Shown here: in pieces, positions 57,119 to 64,000 of the stretch | Numbering within the stretch: position 1 is the first letter of the stretch | Layout of the letters: every line of letters starts with the position of its first letter | Source of the DNA: a virus | Virus record (IMG/VR): IMGVR_UViG_3300035696_000019 | Location: 1 to 64,000 of that record | Reading direction: 5' to 3' (one strand) | Length of the DNA stretch: 64,000 nucleotides | Program-made: the position numbers and the translations under genes | Notes under the pieces: model-generated | What the model was told of the DNA's origin: nothing | The model's database searches: none | The model's input: only the letters and a program-made list of their open reading frames with translations

Positions 57119-57461
57119 GGTATTCGTTGGTCACCAGGAGTTTGATCGGGCGAACTTTGAGTGACATCACCCGAATGAAGGAAAGAATACGCGCCGCTGC
57201 CGCGAAAACATCACGCTCGGATTTGCCGACAAAAGAAATGCGACAATACGGGTGCTTGCTGGAGCGGGTGTCGTTTACCTTGCAACGAACGCCAAATCGC
57301 TTGGCGGTGGCAAATGCAAAATCTTCGACGTGCGCAATGGCGTCGATACTCGAATAGGCATGAAGGGAGTCCAGAGTGTCGTAACAGATAACGACAAGGA
57401 AGGATCTTTTGCCAGCGCCCAGCTTCAAGCCAGCGGCCTCCACGATTTCAGAAACGTTCAT
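57102..57461 (-). CDS. hypothetical protein
   Basis: GGAG RBS. Confidence 0.55.
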   Translation of the reverse strand: MNVSEIVEAAGLKLGAGKRSFLVVICYDTLDSLHAYSSIDAIAHVEDFAFATAKRFGVRCKVNDTRSSKHPYCRISFVGKSERDVFAAAARILSFIRVMSLKVRPIKLLVTNEYHEHQS

Positions 57462-57621
57462 ATCTATCTCCTCCGCCGCAGCGGCACAATATCTCTTGCA
57501 AACCCGCAGCCTTCTACCCGGATGCAGTGCTTCACTTTGTTGGCGTAAAGCTGACCCCAGGCCAGCGCCCAGTCTTGTCGGTCAAAGTGCCGACCCACCA
57601 CGATGTAATCGGCACTCATGG

Positions 57622-58233
57622 TCAATTGCCCTTCGCTTGCAGACGCGCGCACAGAAAGGCCAACATGTCGTTGACTACGTCCGTCGGCAGATAGGGCAAG
57701 TTGATCGAGGTGGTTTGACTGTCGCCCGATACGGAAACGGCGGCATAGCGCCCGCGCCCGCCCGGCAGCGTCAGATGCAGACGCCTGGGGCTGTCGTCGC
57801 CCGAAGCGAGACGTTCAACCGTGCGCGTGTCTCCCGCCGTCGTCGCCAGGCGCACCGCCATCGCCTTCTGGCGGTCGGTTTTCGCGTTCGATTCGGCGAC
57901 CATATCGAGCGATTTTTGCCACGCGCCGTTCAGCAGAGGCGTCAACAGTCGGCGGCGAATGTCTCGCGCCAACGTTTCCGCACTGCGTGTCATCGTCAAC
58001 TTGATGGGATACAAATCATGATCACCCACTTGCCGATAACTCTGGGCGTCTTCCGGCCAAGCCACGCTGACCGTCACCTTGTCGATATGAGGATGAACGC
58101 CAAACACGACACGCAGCGTCGGCCCATCGGAGTGCGTCAGCTTGAACGTTTCACCTGCGCCGCATGGGTTGCGGAATTCGGCAACGCAGCCTAGTAAAGC
58201 GCCAATCTCATTGGCCTTTTGATCGTATTTCAT
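57622..58233 (-). CDS. hypothetical protein
   Basis: MKYDQK start with GGGAG RBS. Confidence 0.65.
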   Translation of the reverse strand: MKYDQKANEIGALLGCVAEFRNPCGAGETFKLTHSDGPTLRVVFGVHPHIDKVTVSVAWPEDAQSYRQVGDHDLYPIKLTMTRSAETLARDIRRRLLTPLLNGAWQKSLDMVAESNAKTDRQKAMAVRLATTAGDTRTVERLASGDDSPRRLHLTLPGGRGRYAAVSVSGDSQTTSINLPYLPTDVVNDMLAFLCARLQAKGN

Positions 58234-58469
58234 TGAATGTTCTCCCAAACATGCGCACCCACCTTGCGGCATTGCGCGAAATTCGCCTCAAGCATGGACA
58301 GGTCATCCACTTGCGGCTGACGGTCACAGCGGCCAACCAGCGTCGGCACGCCCACTTCATTCAGCACGCGAAACTCGTAGGGCAGTTCGCGTCCAGAGGG
58401 CAGCAAATCACCCCCGATCGCGTTTCCGCGCTCTAACGCCTGTGCGCCTTTGGTCACAATCCATTTCAT
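58230..58469 (-). CDS. hypothetical protein
   Basis: MKWIVT start downstream of a promoter/operator module. Confidence 0.55.
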   Translation of the reverse strand: MKWIVTKGAQALERGNAIGGDLLPSGRELPYEFRVLNEVGVPTLVGRCDRQPQVDDLSMLEANFAQCRKVGAHVWENIQ

Positions 58470-58864
58470 CGGTCGTCCCCTTTCGGTTCCGTTTTCTGAT
58501 GATTCATTATGACCAGCGCGGCTAGGCATTTCTATGTCACCGATGACTTACCCGACCAGATCGCCAACTCGCGCAAAAGCAATAAATCGCCCTGCCACAG
58601 AATCGCGTTCTGAGAGCGTTTTACAGTTCGGATAAGGTCGGACTATGGAAACGGTAAAATAATCGCGTATAGCGCGATTCTGTGCGTCTACCTACGCACT
58701 TGCGATATAGCTCGCGTTACAACCAGCACAGCGCATTGGGCGCACTCCGTTCAAACCCCCAAGGGGGTCAGCCGACTCAAAAAAACACCCGTCCAGAGGA
58801 CGGGCATGGCTCGTGGGAAGAACAAGAGTGAGATAAGTATGTGGTGACTTACCTTCAATGTCAA

Positions 58865-59206
58865 CTACCAGGCATCGTCTACCGTGGGCTTGTGCGGCGC
58901 AGGCGCAGGCTTGACCGGCACCAGTTTGCGTGGTGACGCCACCACCACGCAAAACTCGGGTGATGCGCGCCATTTGCCACGACTCGGGTGGGGGTTGCCA
59001 TATTCATCGGTTTGATCGCCCGACAGCGTTCGGCTGTTGATGCGATTCACTCGCATGTAGATATCCTCACCAATGCGGTTGGTAAACTTCACAATCGCGC
59101 CAACACACAATTGACGATCCATACGACGTGACTGTTCGGCATTCACCGCGTCAAACAGTTTGGCGAACGCCTCTTCCGAGAGATTCTGCAAGGCGGCAAT
59201 ATTCAT
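58865..59206 (-). CDS. hypothetical protein (SH3-like)
   Basis: VGAIVKF...VNRIN...WRASP. Confidence 0.6.
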   Translation of the reverse strand: MNIAALQNLSEEAFAKLFDAVNAEQSRRMDRQLCVGAIVKFTNRIGEDIYMRVNRINSRTLSGDQTDEYGNPHPSRGKWRASPEFCVVVASPRKLVPVKPAPAPHKPTVDDAW

Positions 59207-59259
59207 GGTCGAGTCTTTAAACGGGCGACACCGCGATAGCGCCGCCCTGGGTGAGTAGA

Positions 59260-60159
59260 TTACGCCAGACCGAGTTGCGCGTAAGCGGCGGCGAGGATGG
59301 TGGAGTCTTCGTTCGGCGTCATGCCGCCTTTGGTTTTGACGCAGATGCCGAGAATCGGAAACAGCATGAACACTTGGTTGGCCTGCGCCCGGCACGTCCC
59401 CAACGAATACGGTTTCAGCGCCAGATTTTGCTGCAAATTTCCCTTGTCGCCCGACGTAAGCTTGCCCTCTTCGTGCAGCACCACGAAGGCGCGTCGCAGC
59501 ACATCATTCATCTGTGCGCCCGCCGCCAGCCCGGTCAAGAGCAGAATCGCCTTGTCGCGCACCTTGATGGCAATCTTGTCCGGGTCGTTCATGTCGGCGA
59601 CGAAGGCGTCTTGCTTGAGAGCGAGTTCACCCGCTTCCAGTTCGGCGTCCGCGAACGAGAACACGAGCATGTCACGCGCCTTTGCTCCGAGTTTCGCCAT
59701 CAGCAGATCGCCAGGCTTGTGCGTGATCGACGTGGCGCGCGGCGCTTTCGGTTCCTTCGCGGGCTTTTCCATTTCCGGTTCAGCAACCGGAGGGGTCGGT
59801 TCCGGTTCGGCCGCCGCTTCCGCCTTCTTGCCACGCTTGCCACCCTTCTTCTTCGGCGCTTCAACTTCCGGCGTTACTTTCGGTTCCGGTTCGGCAACCG
59901 GCGCCATCTCTACCGTCGGCGTCATCAAATCCAGATCGGCAAGGAGGTTGTCCACTGCCGATTCGGCGCTCAACGGGGCTTCCGGCACCGTCGGGCTAGT
60001 CAGTAAAGCGGCGTCCAGATCGGATTCCAGCAATTCGTCGGCACTGAGTGCAGGCTCGATACCGGTGGGTTCCAGCAACTCCGAGCCGAACAGATCGGCC
60101 AACAGAGCTTCGTCGGATTGGGTCAGTGCGTCGGTTTGGGTATCCATTTCATTCTCCAT
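59260..60159 (-). CDS. hypothetical protein with acidic/Pro-rich N-terminus and globular C-terminus
   Basis: 299 aa; promoter at ~60187. Confidence 0.75.
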   Translation of the reverse strand: MENEMDTQTDALTQSDEALLADLFGSELLEPTGIEPALSADELLESDLDAALLTSPTVPEAPLSAESAVDNLLADLDLMTPTVEMAPVAEPEPKVTPEVEAPKKKGGKRGKKAEAAAEPEPTPPVAEPEMEKPAKEPKAPRATSITHKPGDLLMAKLGAKARDMLVFSFADAELEAGELALKQDAFVADMNDPDKIAIKVRDKAILLLTGLAAGAQMNDVLRRAFVVLHEEGKLTSGDKGNLQQNLALKPYSLGTCRAQANQVFMLFPILGICVKTKGGMTPNEDSTILAAAYAQLGLA

Positions 60160-60435
60160 TCACGTTAAAATTCATTCATTGATGACAGTATCGCAAGCGA
60201 CTAAAGGCGTTGAAAGCGTTTATACAGGCGACTTTCGCGTCTTTTCTTTACTCGTTGCGTCATTCAGTAATGACGGTATCGACAGCGCGGCTAGGGGAAG
60301 GAAGTGGTTTACTTGGCGATCAGGCTTGGGCACGTGCGGTCGCCAAGGGAGTGAAACGATATGATTCCATATGATATCGCCCAAGGGCGGATATAGAGCA
60401 AAAGAAAAGCGCCCGAAGGCGCTTGAGATGAGGGG

Positions 60436-60609
60436 TCAGTATTCTCGCTCGACCCAATCGCCCCTCTCATCCTGAACCACCTCGATCAGCGAATCGAATT
60501 CCCGCTGGCACTCGGCGGGATCGACATTCCAACGCGGCATTTCCGCCAACCAGTTCTCGCGGGTATCGACCGAACCGGTCTTGGGATTCATCAGCATGAC
60601 ATCAGCCAT
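60436..60609 (-). CDS. small acidic protein
   Basis: Manual translation MADVMLMNPKTGSVDTRENW...DWVEREY; AGGAG RBS; terminator hairpin at 60405-60424. Confidence 0.65.
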   Translation of the reverse strand: MADVMLMNPKTGSVDTRENWLAEMPRWNVDPAECQREFDSLIEVVQDERGDWVEREY

Positions 60610-60645
60610 CTTGCTCTCCTGAAAGTGTGTATGAGGATGGTAACC

Positions 60646-61011
60646 TTAATCCATCCAGCGAACCATATCCTCCCACTTGTCGGCATGGTCGAACAGCCCG
60701 AAGAATTCATTGTGCCACTTGCCAATCGCGTTGAAGGTGTCGAAGCCCTGACGCTTCAAATTGGCGAGAAAGCGCCCGACTTCGCGCGTCGTGACGCAGG
60801 AACAATCGCTGGATTGCTCGATCAGGTAAGCCCTTGTGAATGAAGGATTCACCGCGTCGGTCGCATAGAACCCAACTACCTCAGCCCCATCATGACGCGC
60901 CTTCATGACGCGCCCCTGATTGTTCGGTATAGCGGCTTCAAGACGATACCCGATGATCCGGTCAGTCGTTAGAGTGCGGACGGTGCGAATACGGACAACA
61001 GCGCGTTGCAT
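60646..61011 (-). CDS. hypothetical protein
   Basis: AAAGGGG RBS. Confidence 0.6.
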   Translation of the reverse strand: MQRAVVRIRTVRTLTTDRIIGYRLEAAIPNNQGRVMKARHDGAEVVGFYATDAVNPSFTRAYLIEQSSDCSCVTTREVGRFLANLKRQGFDTFNAIGKWHNEFFGLFDHADKWEDMVRWMD

Positions 61012-61391
61012 GGTAAACCCCTTTCGTTGGTCGTTGCTGCGTTTCAGTGATTGCAGAATACAAACCGGACTGCGGGGTTACAGCGTGTTTACAGGCGACT
61101 TTGCAAGATGCCCAAGCCTCTCAACACGCGCGCGTATTAATGAGCGCGCACGCGATAATCAACACATGCAGGGAGAGCAAGCGGTGGCATTGGGAGAGTC
61201 GTCGGGTGAGTGCGTGGGCGGTTGGGTGCGTCGGGCAAGACGCCTAGGACGGACAGACGGTTGGGCGTATGAGGAGAATGCCTAGGGCGAAGCGCCGCGC
61301 AAATAAAAAGGCACATCAAATGATGTGCCCGTATACGCCTATCCAGGCATGAAATGGCAGGGAAATCGAAACCAAAATCAGAACTCCCAAC

Positions 61392-61838
61392 TCACCAGGC
61401 TTCGCCACCGTCAATCAGACCGGCGTCACTCGATGGTCGATCGGTCGGAACAGGCGGCGGAGGCGGTTGCCTCTGCTCCAGTGTGTTGTCTTCCGACTCG
61501 GTGAAGTTGCCCTCCTCATCCACCAGGCTGTCCGTCCAGCGCAGCATGAAGTCCTCGTAGGCGGCAACTCCCGAAGATTCCGTGCCGAAGAACTTGTCGC
61601 GGAAGTTGGGATCATCGACCAACTGACCAGCATCCAGATAATTGAACACGCGCAACTGGAACAGTTCCCAATAATCCTCGAACGAGTCGGGGGTGGACAC
61701 CTTGCCATACCATTCCAGCAGCACCCGCACCTTGCCATTATCAAACTGGCGGATGGTGCGATAGCTATCATCGGCGCGCTTGTTGATCCAGCCGGATTTA
61801 CTGATCAACAGGCCATCCTTGTCCATATACGCCACCAT
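61392..61838 (-). CDS. hypothetical protein
   Basis: GGAGG RBS; terminator hairpin at ~61309-61329. Confidence 0.7.
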   Translation of the reverse strand: MVAYMDKDGLLISKSGWINKRADDSYRTIRQFDNGKVRVLLEWYGKVSTPDSFEDYWELFQLRVFNYLDAGQLVDDPNFRDKFFGTESSGVAAYEDFMLRWTDSLVDEEGNFTESEDNTLEQRQPPPPPVPTDRPSSDAGLIDGGEAW

Positions 61839-62224
61839 TACTCGCCCTCCTTGCCCAACAGAGCGTCCGCAGACGGCACAATCTCGACTCGATCCGCGCC
61901 AGTTGCAAGACCCGTCAGGCTCAGGCCCACGCAGCAGACAATCAACAGCGCGAATTTGAGGCCGATTTCACTGACGCACTTGATGAAACGCAACAGCACA
62001 TACAGCACCGCGCCAGTTGCCAGGCCGGCCTCACGCACGATCGGCCAGGCCAACGACTCAATAAGCAGTCTCGGCAGCCAAAGGATCAGCGAGGGAATCG
62101 CCAAAAGTGATTTCCACCAGATGTTACGCCGCGCGAAAATCAGTCGCGGATCAGGCAGCAAGTGTTCGCGCCACACCAGAAGGTTGCCATCTTCGTCCGG
62201 CGCAGTTTCAATGATGTTGGACAT
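61838..62224 (-). CDS. membrane protein
   Basis: Several hydrophobic helices; GAGGAG RBS. Confidence 0.6.
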   Translation of the reverse strand: MSNIIETAPDEDGNLLVWREHLLPDPRLIFARRNIWWKSLLAIPSLILWLPRLLIESLAWPIVREAGLATGAVLYVLLRFIKCVSEIGLKFALLIVCCVGLSLTGLATGADRVEIVPSADALLGKEGE

Positions 62225-62382
62225 GCAGACTCCTCTGGATGATGTTGAGTGGCAGTGTGACGCCATTGGTGCATTTACTGAACACCGTGCAGCACAGCAG
62301 CGTAACGAACAGCACACCCATCAGAAAATTGCCAAACGAACGGCTGTTGCCGTGCCGCCCTCTTCCTCTCATGATGCTCTCC

Positions 62383-62928
62383 TCAAGCGGCAATACCTGC
62401 CGGCAGCGTAAAGAAACCGAGGTCAAGCCCTCGGAAGAAGCACTGCGCCATGACTTCCACGTCGTATTCGGCGGCGTGTGCGCGTGTCGTGTCGTAGTCG
62501 ATACCAAGCGCAAAGCACAACTCACCGAGCTTGGGCCATTTGCCATTCGGCGTCGCCCAGCGCGCTTGCGTCATGGTGTCCACGCCGGGGAAATCGAACG
62601 GCGCCAGGCCGGCGGCAGTAAACTCGGCAGACAGCATGCCTTTATCGAACTCGATGTTGTGTGCCACGGTCACATCGCACGATTCGAATTGCTTGCGCAC
62701 ATCCGCCGCCAACGCGCGGAACTTGGGTTGGCCCACAAGCTCACCATAGGTGATCCCATGCACCGCGAGCGCGTCGGGATGGATCGGACATTCCGGGTCG
62801 AAGCGTTGCACCAGACGATGCACACAGGCGCGCGATGCACTGTCGTAAACAAGCAGCGCCAGTTCAATCACGCGATCCGTGCCGGCTTTCAGCCCGGTGG
62901 TTTCAGTATCGAAGAACCCGATTAACAT
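62383..62928 (-). CDS. DEDDh 3'-5' exonuclease (DnaQ-like)
   Basis: FDTETTG, AHNIEFD, DT, AHAAEYDV. Confidence 0.92.
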   Translation of the reverse strand: MLIGFFDTETTGLKAGTDRVIELALLVYDSASRACVHRLVQRFDPECPIHPDALAVHGITYGELVGQPKFRALAADVRKQFESCDVTVAHNIEFDKGMLSAEFTAAGLAPFDFPGVDTMTQARWATPNGKWPKLGELCFALGIDYDTTRAHAAEYDVEVMAQCFFRGLDLGFFTLPAGIAA

Positions 62929-63182
62929 TTCCCTCTCTCCTCCAGTTTTGCGATCACCCGATCTGAAATTTGCTCGATCAGGTCGGCGCGATCTTTTTGA
63001 GCCTGTTCTTCGAGCGCCTTGCGTTGGCTCTCTTGAGCTTGGAACCGAAGCTTCCGCTCCTCTCGGTATTCACACATCAGACAGCGACCCAGCTCTTTAA
63101 CGAGAAGATCGTGTCGAGTGTCGCCACAAGGCGGTATGGGTTTCTCTGCTGTGATTTTCTTCGAAAACGGCCAAAAGACCAT
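62922..63182 (-). CDS. hypothetical protein
   Basis: AGGAG RBS. Confidence 0.6.
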   Translation of the reverse strand: MVFWPFSKKITAEKPIPPCGDTRHDLLVKELGRCLMCEYREERKLRFQAQESQRKALEEQAQKDRADLIEQISDRVIAKLEERGKC

Positions 63183-63308
63183 GCTATCTCCTTGCGAGCC
63201 ACGCGGCTCAAAAAATGGCTCAAGCGTTGACTGATGCAGTCATGAACAATTCATCCATAACCGCATGATAAACGCTCGATAGCGGGGCGACAGCACCCCG
63301 CAACAGGG

Positions 63309-63542
63309 TTAATGCTGATAGATGTGAATCACCGGTTGATCGCCAAACGCCACCTCGACCACTGCCGGGGTCGGCGTGGGGTCGGTAATGGTCGGCGCAA
63401 TCGGCGCAGCGACCGGGGCCGCTACAGTTTGCGCCACAGCGGCGACAACCGGTGTCGGGGTGACAGATGGTTGAGAAAGGGTTGACGCGGCGGTCGCGCT
63501 GGAGGGTTGGGACGCCTGTGCGTCGGTTGCCAAATCGGGCAT
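63309..63542 (-). CDS. Ala/Pro/Thr-rich small protein
   Basis: AAAGGA RBS. Confidence 0.5.
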   Translation of the reverse strand: MPDLATDAQASQPSSATAASTLSQPSVTPTPVVAAVAQTVAAPVAAPIAPTITDPTPTPAVVEVAFGDQPVIHIYQH

Positions 63543-63559
63543 TGCGGTTCCTTTCGTGG

Positions 63560-63814
63560 TTAAGAGACTTTCTTGCGGCCCAGGTGCAGGCCGATGCCGC
63601 GACGGAAGCCACGGTCATTCTGGATGTCGAGCAGTTTCACTCGGTCGATGAACATCGGCTTGTAGGCGCGCACAGCGGTCAGCACCTCGCCATTGATGCG
63701 GATTTCGATCAGGTCGCCCGGTTCGATCATGCGCGCCGCGTCCTCTTCGCGGATGAGGTTGAATTGAGGCTCCAGCAGCAGGTCGCGGTTGGATTCGGCA
63801 GTGCTATGTGCCAT
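63560..63814 (-). CDS. hypothetical protein
   Basis: GGAG RBS; operator-like site upstream. Confidence 0.6.
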   Translation of the reverse strand: MAHSTAESNRDLLLEPQFNLIREEDAARMIEPGDLIEIRINGEVLTAVRAYKPMFIDRVKLLDIQNDRGFRRGIGLHLGRKKVS

Positions 63815-64000
63815 AAATTCGTTTCTCCGTATGATATGTCAGTAGTGAGTGATTATAGCGCACAAAGCAAACGACTTGCTTTGTGCGCTATTTGCATTAC
63901 GCTGCGAGTGGAGCATTCAGAACAACTGGCTGGAGCGTATCGACTTCATCGAAGTTGGCATATGGCTTCTTGGCGACAAAAGCATTCCAGGCCGCCATGA

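Noticed and set aside
1-64000. tRNA, rRNA, integrase or transposase genes
   Set aside because: None recognised by eye; a tRNAscan/Infernal run would be needed to exclude them formally.

Overview
The whole window is part of a tailed dsDNA phage genome, a siphovirus with a lambda-like M-L-K-I-J tail tip. The gene set (TerS/TerL next to several ParB-like genes, an ABC ATPase, a GNAT-like gene, an SF2 helicase and PhoH) resembles SSU5/pHCM2-type phage-plasmids; that assignment is inference. Almost all genes are on the minus strand. From left to right: partial PhoH, lysis genes, two tail fibres with a shared N-terminal anchor, a glycine-rich gp38-like adhesin, tail tip, tape measure, G/GT chaperone with a GGGAAAG -1 frameshift, tail tube, head-tail joining genes, capsid, scaffold, portal, terminase, then a ParB/ABC-ATPase/GNAT/Acb2 locus and a plus-strand helicase operon. 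A sharp compositional boundary at about 41,640 is a probable genome end. It is followed by early promoter-gene-terminator cassettes and many small early ORFs. Most unusual: (1) about 1.85 kb right of the boundary contains no GGC/GGG/GCC/CCC by manual scan, while spacers between the next cassettes are packed with CCTNGG sites; (2) two Hint (intein-like) domains sit in tail proteins, one inside the adhesin and one at the gpJ N-terminus flanked by a duplicated motif; (3) about 20 copies of a 16-bp palindromic operator AAGTCA-N4-TGACTT occur across the window; (4) there is an Acb2 anti-CBASS homolog. All calls come from reading the sequence; no database searches were run.
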